From Desulfobacterales bacterium (lineage in GTDB: Bacteria > Desulfobacterota > Desulfobacteria > Desulfobacterales > UBA2174), in the NCBI GenBank assembly GCA_963668645.2, contig CAXXWC010000019.1:576001-640000 (forward strand): a DNA stretch of 64,000 bases, read 5' to 3'. The notes under the pieces are model-generated. The model was not told the DNA's origin. It ran no database searches and was given only the letters and a program-made list of their open reading frames with translations. Made by a program: the position numbers and the translations under genes. This document shows, in pieces, positions 30,214 to 40,128 of this stretch (its first letter is position 1; each line of letters begins with the position of its first letter).

Positions 30214-30457
30214 TTTGCTATGTTCGATACCGGTGCCTATCAGGAAGTATCTATGAGTCAGTTCAACGCGATGCCCAGGCCTGCGACGTTGTTGGTGAAT
30301 GGTAAATTGGTTGAGGCGATTCGGGCGGCTGAAAGCAGGGAACAGGTAAGGGTAAGGGATCAAATTTCGCAGTATCTTTTATAGATTTTGGGCTTGAGGG
30401 AAGGTTTGTTATACCCTGGAAATTTATTGGCCAATTTAGGAAAGAGCGCTTAATAAG
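30214..30457 (+). repeat. Diverged tandem duplicate of the decarboxylase 3' end and downstream region (copy of 29935-30178)
   Basis: Encodes FAMFDTGAYQEVSMSQFNAMPRPATLLVNG...YLL* (stop 30382-30384), aligning codon for codon with the gene's C-terminus; downstream non-coding DNA also aligns. Confidence 0.9.
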
Positions 30458-30525
30458 GGCGGTGGTCCCCAAAAACTGGACAATGGTGTAAGCTCTAAGT
30501 CAGACCGAAAAAGGAGGATCTGACC

Positions 30526-30807
30526 ATGAGTACCAAACGTCGACAGTACAAACCCGAATTCAAGGCCAAGGTCGCCTTGGCTGCCTTACGCAATGAGCAA
30601 ACACTGGCTGAGCTGGCCAAACGCTTCGATATCCACCCGACCATGATCAGCACCTGGAAAAGGGAGCTGCTCGACGGGGCCGCCGACATCTTCGAGAAAG
30701 GGCGCAGAGGCAAGCAGGTCACTGATGTCCAGGTCGGCGAACTGTACCGCCAGATCGGCCAGCTTAAGGTGGAAAACGATTTTTTATCACGCAAGCTCGG
30801 CTCCTGA
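30526..30807 (+). CDS. IS3 transposase OrfA (HTH)
   Basis: RRQYKPEFKAKVALAAL...LAELAKRFDIHP...IGQLKVENDFL. Confidence 0.92.
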   Translation: MSTKRRQYKPEFKAKVALAALRNEQTLAELAKRFDIHPTMISTWKRELLDGAADIFEKGRRGKQVTDVQVGELYRQIGQLKVENDFLSRKLGS

Positions 30808-30827
30808 AGCGCGACCTGCGCCGTGAT

Positions 30828-31664
30828 ATGATCGATCCATCTCACGAGAAGCTGAGCATCGTACGCCAATGTGACATGCTGAACATTTGCCGTTCCTCAT
30901 TTTACTACAAATGCAAGCCGATCAAGCCCGAGGACTTGGCGCTGATGCGCCTGATTGACGAACAGTTCCTCAAGACACCGACCTGGGGCAGCCGCAAGAT
31001 GGCCGATTGGCTCTGGCGGCATCATGGCATGAAAAAGAATCGCAAGCGGATCCAGCGCCTGATGCGACTGATGGGCCTTAAGGCGATCTACCCGCGGCCA
31101 CGAACCACACAGCCTCATCCCGGGCATAAAGTCTATCCGTACCTGCTGCGAGGTGTGGCCATCGAGCGGCCCAACCAAGTGTGGTCGGCCGATATCACCT
31201 ACATCCCGATGCGCCGGGGCTATATGTATCTTGTGGCCATCATTGACTGGTACAGCCGAAAGACGCTGTCCTGGCGCGTGTCGAATACGATGGAGGCCGA
31301 CTTTTGCGTCGAGGCCCTGGAAGAGGCCCTGGCGCGCTATGACAAACCGCAGATTTTCAACACCGACCAAGGCTCCCAGTTTACCAGCACGATCTTTACT
31401 GAACGGCTCAGGGACCACCAGGTGGCCATCTCCATGGACGGCCGGGGCCGCTGCCAGGATAACATCTTTATTGAACGACTGTGGTGGACACTGAAATACG
31501 ACTACATCTACCTACACGCTTTTGACAACGGAAACGAACTTCGCCGGGGGCTCGATAAGTGGTTCTCGTTTTACAACCAGGAGCGCCCTCATCAAAAACT
31601 TGACGGCAGAACACCGGATGATGTTTATTACGGTTTGCCTGCCACCATGGCTGGGGCTGCCTGA
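30828..31664 (+). CDS. IS3 transposase OrfB (integrase core), in the -1 frame relative to OrfA
   Basis: WSADITYI, FNTDQGSQFTS and DNIFIERLW DDE motifs; T-run GATTTTTTA near the orfA end is a possible frameshift site. Confidence 0.92.
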   Translation: MIDPSHEKLSIVRQCDMLNICRSSFYYKCKPIKPEDLALMRLIDEQFLKTPTWGSRKMADWLWRHHGMKKNRKRIQRLMRLMGLKAIYPRPRTTQPHPGHKVYPYLLRGVAIERPNQVWSADITYIPMRRGYMYLVAIIDWYSRKTLSWRVSNTMEADFCVEALEEALARYDKPQIFNTDQGSQFTSTIFTERLRDHQVAISMDGRGRCQDNIFIERLWWTLKYDYIYLHAFDNGNELRRGLDKWFSFYNQERPHQKLDGRTPDDVYYGLPATMAGAA

Positions 31665-31813
31665 TGTCCGGATACCAGAACCGGCTTGGAGCTTATTCTA
31701 CCAACCAGGCTGTCCAAATAATTGGGTCCACCGCCAAGTTCTTGAAATCAAGGTTGCTTTTATCTCTCATCCAATTTTAAGTTTGATATTGAAAACAATT
31801 TGGAGATCAATAA

Positions 31814-34756
31814 ATGGTGCTTGTGTCTCTCAATGAAAATTATATATCTGTGCTAAAAAAAATTAAAAAAAATAGCACTATTGGTGCAAATTTCTTTTAT
31901 CTCGATGAAGAAATAGATATTATAAAATACATAAAATCATCCGAACATTATTTTTACGCTGTCATAATTTCTTCTAAAAACAATGAACTTTCTGTCAAAT
32001 ATTTGGAGTTTATTACTAACCAATGCAAAAACATAGAAACAATTTTTGTCTGTAATGACAAAAACCAATTATTCTATCTACACGATAAGTTTCCATCAAT
32101 TTATTTTATAATTGGTGAAAATTTCACCCAAAAAATATTTTTCGCTATAGAACAATGTATAAAGAAAAGAAACATTGGAATTGAACGGGATGTTTTGGAC
32201 AAAATAAACCTTTTATCTATAGATATTAATTCAGCATCTGAATTGGATTATATACTTTATCAATCCTGCAAACACGCTGTAGATATTTTTTCCGTCGATC
32301 ATTCAGGGTTGGTACTAAAAAACGATGATAATATTTCAGGAAAATTAATTGCAGAATACCCGGAAAAGTATAATACAGAAAACATTATTATTCCGATTAA
32401 AGGCGTAAATGTTGAAGAAGAAATTTTTTTTAAAAATAAAATTATTAACATCAGTGACGTCGAGAGCAATAAAAATTTAGGCCCAATTAAAGATCTTTTC
32501 AATAGTTATAATATCAAATCTATTTTGATAGTTCCGGTTGTTGTCTATGGGCAAACGATTGGTTCTTTCAGTTTAGACATGATGACCCGCAAAAGATCCT
32601 TTAATAGTATTGATATTGAATTAGCTAGAAAATTAGCAAATCATATAGCCGTTGCAATTACGATTAGGAATAGGTTCAATAGATATGCAAATGAAATTAA
32701 TTATAAAGATCCTTACAAAAAACATTTGTATAACAGTCAAATCGAAAGTCCAGAGAATAATTTAATCCCTCTAGTTCTCCGGACGGCAAAGGAATTTTTT
32801 TCAGCTGAAGATGTCGTTATTTTACTTTTTAATAAAAGCGGATTACTAGAGGTTTTTATTTCTTTAATGAATAAATCGCTCAACAATAAAGTAATTACCA
32901 ACTGTAACAATTTCAAACAAAAATCGCTATTAACTAAAAAACCAAAAAACTTCAAAAAAACAATTGACGAGAAAGAGTTGCTCCAAGCCTATAATGATAG
33001 GCTGATTTTCGATCTTTCTTATCAAAAAGAAACAAACGGCTATTTAATTATTTATTTTAAACGCAAATTGTCAGAACATGAATTGAAGTATGATAAGTCC
33101 GTTTTGAATAATATTTCAATTATCTTATCCGATTTATTAAAAATTTCTAACAAATTTGTTTGGCTAAAAGCGATATTTACAAATAGCCCTTATGCTATTA
33201 TTTGCATAGATATTGATGGATATATTACTGAAATAAATAGAGAAGCCATCAACCTGCTAGGATATGATGATAATGTGTCCTTAAAGAGCATGAACATTAT
33301 TGATATATATTGGGATGGGATTGAAGAGGCAAAAAAAATTAAAAAACAACTCCTTGAAAACCCAATTATCAAAAACATTGAAACTAATGTGAAAGATAGA
33401 TTCAACAATAGAGCACCTATACTTTTGACGGCTACAATACTTTATAATGAATTTGGCGAAAACATTGGTAGTATAGGAATAATGGAGGACCAACGTCTTA
33501 TATCTTTTAGAGGAAGAACAGAAAGAATTTTTAAGTCTATTCAGGAAGTTAATCAGAATTATTTTGATAAAGAACAATTATTTCTCTCAATTTTATTAGG
33601 TGCTATTGATATCTATAAAGCAGATGCCGGATCAATTTATAGACAAGATGGCTCAATCCTGAACCTTCTTCAATCATACCCTAGCAGCGATATCTTACAA
33701 AAAGAAGTTATGTTTAATGATCAAAAAAATATTTTTTTTGATTCAAAATCGAATTCCTTCACACTCTGGATTACAAATATGGAAAATTCTATTTATTCTC
33801 CAATTTTAAATGCTGAATCTAAATCAGCATGTTGTATGCCAATCGTTTGCGGGACAGAACTCACTTTTTTCTTATATTTGGAAAGTTATCATAATAATCA
33901 CTCTTTCTCATATACAGATATTCATGGTTTCCTTTCTCAATATTTTTCTATTGTATTAGAGAGATATTTTCTTAATAAAATACGCAAAAATACAAGAGAT
34001 AAAATGTTATCTGCATCCAATGCGGTTGCTGCAGCACAGATCGGGACAAGCCTAATTCACGAAATAAAAAATCCCTTGAATAATATCGCGTTGACCCTCG
34101 ATGATCTTTCAAATCATATCAATATCAATGAAGATATTAGATTTAAAAATAAGTATCTCGGAAAAATTAATATCGTGAAACAGCAAATTCTAAGGACTTA
34201 CAATCTTGCACTTAAATTGCAAAAGTTTGAGGACAATTTAAAGCCTCAAAAAGCTAATATATATATTAATAATGTGGTATTATCTGCTCTCGAAATAACC
34301 GAAAGTACTTTTCATTCAAAAAAAATTAAAGCAAAAATTAGCTTGGATAACTCCTTAAATCCGCCAAAAACAAAACATGAAAATATTCGTTCAAAAGGAA
34401 ATCCAATTTGTGTGGATGAGTACCAAATCGAACAATCACTTATCAACATGTTTTTAAATGCAATTCACGCTTCACACGAAAGAAGTGCCGTACAAATTCG
34501 TACCCATAACCTGAAGAACAGGATTTTAATTTCTATTCAGGATTTTGGAGAAGGAATAATAGAAAGGAACTTAAAGAAAGTATTTGAACCATTTTTCACA
34601 ACTAAAAGTGATGGTGTCGGCCTTGGTCTGTTTATTTGCCATCTATTGCTCGTTGAAAATCACCACTGTACAATTGATATTGAAACTAAAAAAAACAAAG
34701 GGACTACATTTAATATCTATATTCCCTTCGACCAAAAAAACCAAATAGGAGATTAA
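31814..34756 (+). CDS. Cytoplasmic multi-sensor histidine kinase (GAF, PAS, GAF-like, HisKA, HATPase)
   Basis: GAF (SILIVPV..GQTIG), PAS (NSPYAIICID..G.ITEINREA..LLGY), H-box LIHEIKNPL, N-box NMFLNA, DFGEGI, FEPFFTTK, GVGLGL; very AT-rich DNA. Confidence 0.92.
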   Translation: MVLVSLNENYISVLKKIKKNSTIGANFFYLDEEIDIIKYIKSSEHYFYAVIISSKNNELSVKYLEFITNQCKNIETIFVCNDKNQLFYLHDKFPSIYFIIGENFTQKIFFAIEQCIKKRNIGIERDVLDKINLLSIDINSASELDYILYQSCKHAVDIFSVDHSGLVLKNDDNISGKLIAEYPEKYNTENIIIPIKGVNVEEEIFFKNKIINISDVESNKNLGPIKDLFNSYNIKSILIVPVVVYGQTIGSFSLDMMTRKRSFNSIDIELARKLANHIAVAITIRNRFNRYANEINYKDPYKKHLYNSQIESPENNLIPLVLRTAKEFFSAEDVVILLFNKSGLLEVFISLMNKSLNNKVITNCNNFKQKSLLTKKPKNFKKTIDEKELLQAYNDRLIFDLSYQKETNGYLIIYFKRKLSEHELKYDKSVLNNISIILSDLLKISNKFVWLKAIFTNSPYAIICIDIDGYITEINREAINLLGYDDNVSLKSMNIIDIYWDGIEEAKKIKKQLLENPIIKNIETNVKDRFNNRAPILLTATILYNEFGENIGSIGIMEDQRLISFRGRTERIFKSIQEVNQNYFDKEQLFLSILLGAIDIYKADAGSIYRQDGSILNLLQSYPSSDILQKEVMFNDQKNIFFDSKSNSFTLWITNMENSIYSPILNAESKSACCMPIVCGTELTFFLYLESYHNNHSFSYTDIHGFLSQYFSIVLERYFLNKIRKNTRDKMLSASNAVAAAQIGTSLIHEIKNPLNNIALTLDDLSNHININEDIRFKNKYLGKINIVKQQILRTYNLALKLQKFEDNLKPQKANIYINNVVLSALEITESTFHSKKIKAKISLDNSLNPPKTKHENIRSKGNPICVDEYQIEQSLINMFLNAIHASHERSAVQIRTHNLKNRILISIQDFGEGIIERNLKKVFEPFFTTKSDGVGLGLFICHLLLVENHHCTIDIETKKNKGTTFNIYIPFDQKNQIGD

Positions 34757-34759
34757 AAT

Positions 34760-35611
34760 ATGATTGATTTTTCTCAAACTGTAGGCAAACAATATTTTAA
34801 TACAGCTAAATCATCATTTTCAGCGCTTATTGTTGAAGATGAGGCTCAATCACTTAATCTTCTTTCAAATTTATTAAAAATAAATGGATACAAATCGATT
34901 GGTGCAAAGAAAAGTTCTACTGCAATTAAAAGAGTAATAAAATATCCTTCTGCTATAGGGACAGTATTAATCGACGTCATTCTTAAAAATGATAAAATGG
35001 ATGGTATTGATACTGCGAATGAAATTTTTCTTATCAACCCTGAGCTTCCAATTCATTTCGTTACTGCATATGCTAACAGCCCAAAAGTCCATGAAAAAGC
35101 AAAGAGTTTGAATTTGCCGAACATAGACTGGATTGACAAGCCCTTGATTGATCATAACAAAGAAAAGCTTTTCAATCATCTGAATACAGATTATAGCATT
35201 TTAGCTCTTATTGAAAAAACAAAGCACTTCTTTAATAAAACAGAAGAATTAGAAATACAGGTTCCAAATTTTATAGAAAGCCATAATTTGCATAAAAAGG
35301 TTTATTACCCACACTTTAGAGAATTTGTTCTTCGCTATAGGGCTATAATTGGCGTTAACGAAACAAGCGAAATTTTCACACAACAACTAAATTTTGCCTT
35401 TTTTGATCATCACAAGAGCCAATTTGACGATACTTTAGAGAATAAATATGTCGCAATTATAGACGGGAAACTGATTGATTTTTTCGATCAAGAAATACAT
35501 GCTGTCAACTATTCTATTCACCATTATAATAGAACTGATATACTTATTGAGAAGTTAGGCGAAAAGACTTCTGAACCGCTTAAGCTTCGGAGACCAATAT
35601 TTCATCAATAA
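34760..35611 (+). CDS. Response regulator receiver fused to a C-terminal DUF5678-like domain
   Basis: REC motifs LIVEDE, LID, FVTAY and DKP; C-terminus FFDHHKSQF...NKYVAIIDGKLID...ILIEKLG resembles DUF5678; no HTH seen. Confidence 0.8.
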   Translation: MIDFSQTVGKQYFNTAKSSFSALIVEDEAQSLNLLSNLLKINGYKSIGAKKSSTAIKRVIKYPSAIGTVLIDVILKNDKMDGIDTANEIFLINPELPIHFVTAYANSPKVHEKAKSLNLPNIDWIDKPLIDHNKEKLFNHLNTDYSILALIEKTKHFFNKTEELEIQVPNFIESHNLHKKVYYPHFREFVLRYRAIIGVNETSEIFTQQLNFAFFDHHKSQFDDTLENKYVAIIDGKLIDFFDQEIHAVNYSIHHYNRTDILIEKLGEKTSEPLKLRRPIFHQ

Positions 35612-35644
35612 TGATTGAATATGAAATATGACAGGAGGTTGAAT

Positions 35645-36055
35645 ATGAAATACGACAGCTTTTTCATCCCTGCTGCTCCAATTGGGAAAGTGCAAATTTT
35701 TAGTCCATTCTCTGTAACTTTTGAAAAAAGTGATGCATCAACAGTCACTGTAAATATGCTATTAGATACTGGCTCAGATGTTTCTTTTATCCCTAAAAAG
35801 GCTGTATCTATTTTAGAACAAAGAATTGGTACTCGACTACCTTATGGAAGCAAAACTATTGAAGATTTTCGAGGAAGGATCTCTCGGCATCCGAAGATAT
35901 CGTTTTTTTTAAAATTTTCTGACTTTCTCACAGAAGAATTTGAATTTGTAGTCCTGAATCAAAAATATGGCATTATTGGTAGAGATATTTTAAATCAACT
36001 AACCATTACCTTTAACGGCCCCGAATTGAATTATGCTATACTAAGGAGTAACTAA
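35645..36055 (+). CDS. Retropepsin-like (clan AA, single-domain) aspartyl protease
   Basis: MLLDTGSDVSFIP catalytic motif and IIGRDIL motif; AGGAGG RBS before ATG 35645. Confidence 0.88.
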   Translation: MKYDSFFIPAAPIGKVQIFSPFSVTFEKSDASTVTVNMLLDTGSDVSFIPKKAVSILEQRIGTRLPYGSKTIEDFRGRISRHPKISFFLKFSDFLTEEFEFVVLNQKYGIIGRDILNQLTITFNGPELNYAILRSN

Positions 36056-36058
36056 GCC

Positions 36059-36388
36059 ATGGCAAAATTTTTTGTATTACATTTGTTAAACTATTTATTC
36101 ATTACAGATCTTTTTAGTTATCAATACCCCAGATCTCGCCATGTTAAATCTTATAACAAAAATTTGAAGAATATACAAATTATGAGGTTTATACTTTTAG
36201 GAGCGTCATTATTTTTAATAATTGTTGGAATTATAGACTTAGCATCCATTCTGATACTTAGCTTTTACGGGAAACCTATCCCCTCTATATTGCCACAAAC
36301 ACTTACGCTAGTTCTGGGCTATATGTCAGGTATATTAGTATCATTTATCAGAAAATATTATGATATTGATAATGATATAGAAATATAG
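36059..36388 (+). CDS. Small membrane protein (two or three hydrophobic segments)
   Basis: Starts 3 nt after the protease stop; long hydrophobic stretches; same AT-rich composition. Confidence 0.6.
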   Translation: MAKFFVLHLLNYLFITDLFSYQYPRSRHVKSYNKNLKNIQIMRFILLGASLFLIIVGIIDLASILILSFYGKPIPSILPQTLTLVLGYMSGILVSFIRKYYDIDNDIEI

Positions 36389-37271
36389 ACGATGTCACCA
36401 TATGATTGACATCATGCTGCGTAGGTAGGGACGCGGTAGCGTAGGGGCATTCTATGTTTTTTATGTCAACAATTTCTTAAATCAGAAATTTTCGGTTAGT
36501 TATGAGACTTAGGATATTCCTTGCATACTCCACCCGGTGTCTGTCAAGGGGTAGATGTCGCCTTTTTTGGAAAAAGCATTTTCAAACTCTACAGTCTAAA
36601 GTTTTTCCGCCATCAGGCGGCCAGTGACATCAGGTTCTGCTGACAGCCACGGCTCTTTGACATAATTACCCGGTAAATCGCGTCAGTGCTGAAAGCGTGA
36701 AAATTGTGGTAGTATTCTTGCTGGACCACTGACCGGACGACCTCCTCGGATGGAATACGGGAACTGACGGTCCGAAGCCACCCCATGTACCGGCGCCAGA
36801 TTGTTTCGTGAAAATTGAGCGCCAGTATTTGTAAAATCCCGCATGCGATGCAGCCGAAGTTGACAAAAGCCTCGATGGCATCGGTCGCCTCAGCGATCAA
36901 CCGTTGTCCCCGGCGGTCATCAACCGTCGATAGATCAGTATTGGTCGCCTTGGCAATGCGCGGCCAGGCGCTGGTCCAGAACCGATAGAAAAAGGCGCCA
37001 ATCAGGTGCTTGAGCACTTTGAAGCTCACTTCGATCTTGAACCGGTAGCTGTAGGCCAGGATCATATCTTTGGGATCAAGCGCCAAGTCTGAGCCCATCA
37101 GGATGAACCGCTCGTCATCGTCGGCGACCAGTACAAAACGCACCTTCTGGCCGACCGGCTTCCAGATCAGATCCAGGCACAAAAAAGCGATGCTTTTTAC
37201 ACCTGCCCGTACAGTTCAATGGAGGTCTGTTGGAAGTCCTGGCGACGAGTGTCGAACAGTTTTATTAGCGA

Positions 37272-38941
37272 GTGTCCATCCGCGGCCGTAACTATCCGGC
37301 CGGCATAAAAAAGCGCATTTTGTGCTGGAGTTTCGAGGCTGAGTGTAGTATAAACGATGTCGCCAAACAACCGTAAATACTAACAAAGCCGAGAAAAGGA
37401 CCAACACAAAATGCGCGAAAAATGGCAACGCCAAATGCCCCTGATGCCCGAGATCGCCAGCCACATCCAAGCCCAAGAGCTCGAAGCCATCTCCAGCATC
37501 CTGGACAGCAAACCTATCATCACCGAGTTCGTGCTGCAAGATCTTTGCAAGCGGCGCCGTGTTGTCAGCCGTGCCGGGGCAAAAGGCATGAGCGCCGAGC
37601 AGGTGCTGCGAGCGGCCGTGGTGATGAGGCTCCACGAGTTGACCTACCAGGACCTGGCTTTTCATCTGGTCGACAGCCAGAGTATCCGGCGTTTTTGCCG
37701 TATCGGCATTGCCGACAAGGGGTTCAAAAAGTCGGTGCTCAACAAAAACATCAAGGCCCTGTCGGATCAGACCTGGGAGGCGATCAACCTTGAAGTGCTC
37801 GGTTATGCCAAACAAAACAAGATCGAAAAAGGCCGTGTGGCACGTATCGATTGTACGGTTGTCGAAAGCAATATCCACGCGCCCAGTGATTCGAGCCTGC
37901 TGTATGATTGTGTCCGGGTGCTGAGCCGGTTGCAGCAAAGGGTCCGGGATCTTGGCCTGGGCCGATTTGGATACCACGATCACCGCCGGGTGGCCAAACG
38001 GCGCATGGTCAAAATTCAGTACGCCCGCAGCAAAAATGAACGTCGTGGGGCCTATGTCGATCTTCTCAAGTACACGGCAAAGTCGTTGGCTTCGGCCCGG
38101 CGCGCTATCGAACGGCTCAAGACGGTCGGTGCTGACAACCTGACCGCGCTGGGCCTGTTTTTTGAATTGGAACGCTACGTTGCACTGACCGAAAAGGTCA
38201 TCGCGCAGACCCAGCGCCGCGTCATCAAAGGAGAGAAGGTTCCGGCCTCGGAAAAGCTCGTGTCGATTTTCGAGGAGCATACCGACATCATCGTCAAGGA
38301 CCGGCGCGACACATTTTTCGGTCACAAGATATGTCTGACCGGAGGCCGTTCGAACCTGATTCTCGATTGTCAGATCGTGGAAGGCAACCCGGCCGATGTG
38401 ACCTTGACCCAGACGATGCTCGATCGGCAAGAAAAGATTTACGGGCGCTGCCCGCTCAAAGTTGCACTGGACGGAGGGTTTGCTTCCAAGGCGAATTTGA
38501 AGGCCGCCAAGGACAAGGGAATCAAAGACGTCTGTTTTGCCAAAAAGCGCGGCCTGGACCCGGAGAAGATGTGCCGCAGCCCGTATGTGTACAGGCGCCT
38601 TCGTCGCTTCCGGGCCGGCATCGAGGCGGGCATATCCTGGCTCAAGCGCAGCCTGGGGCTGGATCGGTGCACTTGGAAAGGATGGCGATCGTTCCAGAGT
38701 TATGTTTGGGCGTCGATCGTTTCGGCCAACCTGCTTACGATTGCCCGCAAACAGTTGGCCTGACGGTACGGCACCCGTTCGACACGTAAAGCCAACAGGT
38801 GAGGTGTTCCCGGATTTTAGGGTGAATAGTAACATTTACTGTTAAGGGCTTGTTTTTTGCTAAATTCTTTCGAGATTATTCGCCTGCCGCCTCTTTGCAG
38901 GGTCCTCGGGCGGCTGATTTTGGCGATTTATGGACGGAAAC
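37272..38941 (+). mobile_element. Complete insertion sequence (ISNCY-type), copy 2, 1670 bp
   Basis: Same ends as copy 1; 6-bp target duplication TAGCGA at 37266-37271 and 38942-38947. Confidence 0.93.
37411..38763 (+). CDS. DDE transposase (ISNCY-type), 450 aa
   Basis: Protein identical to 12260-13612. Confidence 0.92.
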   Translation: MREKWQRQMPLMPEIASHIQAQELEAISSILDSKPIITEFVLQDLCKRRRVVSRAGAKGMSAEQVLRAAVVMRLHELTYQDLAFHLVDSQSIRRFCRIGIADKGFKKSVLNKNIKALSDQTWEAINLEVLGYAKQNKIEKGRVARIDCTVVESNIHAPSDSSLLYDCVRVLSRLQQRVRDLGLGRFGYHDHRRVAKRRMVKIQYARSKNERRGAYVDLLKYTAKSLASARRAIERLKTVGADNLTALGLFFELERYVALTEKVIAQTQRRVIKGEKVPASEKLVSIFEEHTDIIVKDRRDTFFGHKICLTGGRSNLILDCQIVEGNPADVTLTQTMLDRQEKIYGRCPLKVALDGGFASKANLKAAKDKGIKDVCFAKKRGLDPEKMCRSPYVYRRLRRFRAGIEAGISWLKRSLGLDRCTWKGWRSFQSYVWASIVSANLLTIARKQLA

Positions 38942-39215
38942 TAGCGAAAGCTTTTCGCCGTATACCCGTGGCCGGCCGGGACGACCAGTTTTCGGCGGTG
39001 CATCGATGTAGGCTACCACATTGCTTTTGGCCCGCGTCACTACATGGACAAGATCGTGGCCGGCGCCATCGCGCACCTTTTTGAGGATCTCAAACACCGG
39101 TCCGACGGCAAAATAGGCGTCGAGCACTAAAAGACACCGTTTGCCCAGTGGAGATTGGGGACGTTGTTGATTAATTGAACTAAATGAAATATCATCCGTT
39201 CCGGATTTGCCCACA

Positions 39216-39376
39216 AAACCCAGAGGCGCACGGCTGGACGCCCCGGAAACATATCACCATGTGATGCTGCGGGGCATGGAGCACGGAGATATCTTTTACG
39301 ACGATGAGGATTGCGGAAATTTCCTGGCCCTCATTGGCGATCAGACTCGAGCCACGTGAACCTTGTTTATGCCTGG
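39216..39376 (+). pseudogene. 5' stub of an HUH Y1 (IS200/RAYT-like) transposase
   Basis: Manual translation PRGARLDAPETYHHVMLRGMEHGDIFYDDEDCGNFL, then VYAW after a frame break; no ATG; ends before the HUH motif. Confidence 0.78.
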
Positions 39377-39395
39377 AATAGAGTCACCGCATCCA

Positions 39396-39950
39396 TCAAT
39401 CATCGCCGTATGCTGCGGATGTTTCGATATTGGCATAGTGTTCGAACCTGGATTGAATCTCTCTGCTTGCCAATTTCCTTTCTCGGGCACTTGTACTACG
39501 AAGTGAATCGACCAATACCAGTAATTCGTAAAGCCTGCTATCCTCGCGAGCCGCCCGTGGGACTGAGCGGTAAAGAGGAGAAAACGCGTATCCACGGACT
39601 TCGCCCTCGGGATCCGGCCAAACCGGCGGCGGCTCATTAGAAGGCGCAAAGTGACTGTCCATCGGAGCTGCTGCATAACCTGTCGGCATTCCGCGGGTTA
39701 ATTCGCCGCGGTCGGCAACGAACACGTAGCGGATTCCATGCACCAGGAATTCTTCGAGGTTGCGGCTGTGAGGCCGAGCTTGGCCGTTCCGCAAGACGGC
39801 TAACTGGGCAGAAAGGGCCCGGCCGACTCCGGCATGCACTTCCGCAGCACTCATGCCCAACGAAAGCGCAAGTCTGCCGTAGCTCCACGATTCGTTCTCG
39901 ATACCTACTAGTTTGAGCAACACTAGAATGTCTTGAGGTTTGAGCACCAT
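39396..39950 (-). CDS. Conserved HTH protein, probable type IV TA (AbiEi-like) antitoxin; downstream partner appears truncated
   Basis: MVLKPQDILVLLKL, EFLVHGIRYVF, RGMPT, PPVWP and PLYRSVP motifs; an overlapping downstream ATG (MPISKHPQHTAMI) runs into the transposase stub. Confidence 0.65.
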   Translation of the reverse strand: MVLKPQDILVLLKLVGIENESWSYGRLALSLGMSAAEVHAGVGRALSAQLAVLRNGQARPHSRNLEEFLVHGIRYVFVADRGELTRGMPTGYAAAPMDSHFAPSNEPPPVWPDPEGEVRGYAFSPLYRSVPRAAREDSRLYELLVLVDSLRSTSARERKLASREIQSRFEHYANIETSAAYGDD

Positions 39951-40128
39951 ATTACCTCACCGGGTTATTCTTTATTCGCGAATTACGAATAACATGATTC
40001 AATCAATGGATCAAGCCCGAATTTCGGTGAAGGCGAACGTTGGATGGGACATGGTTGATTAATTAAACTTTAGATGCTATCCCGTTGTATTAGTGTTTAT
40101 CCAAGCCCACCGAGCGGGGAGGTGTTCC

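Larger units (their letters stand above)
30458..31735 (+). mobile_element. IS3-family insertion sequence, 1278 bp
   Basis: IRs GGCGGTGGTCCCCAAAAACTGGACA / TGTCCAAATAATTGGGTCCACCGCC; AAG duplicated at 30455-30457 and 31736-31738; orfA/orfB layout. Confidence 0.92.
36613..39156 (-). pseudogene. IS4/IS701-like DDE transposase pseudogene, 5'-truncated, frameshifted and interrupted by the IS at 37272-38941
   Basis: LVLDAYF...GRPGRPRVYGEKLSL on the right joins IKLFDTRRQDF...LCLDLIWKP...YSYRFKIEVSFK on the left once the inner IS and one TSD are removed; an extra GT near 37200 shifts the frame. Confidence 0.82.

Noticed and set aside
29935..30457. Diversity-generating retroelement TR/VR pair
   Set aside because: Differences between the copies are not confined to adenines and many are synonymous. 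No reverse transcriptase is present in the window.
12082..38941. Composite transposon or inversion bounded by the two inverted IS copies
   Set aside because: Each copy has its own matching 6-bp target duplication (TAACTA, TAGCGA), which indicates independent insertions with no exchange of flanks.
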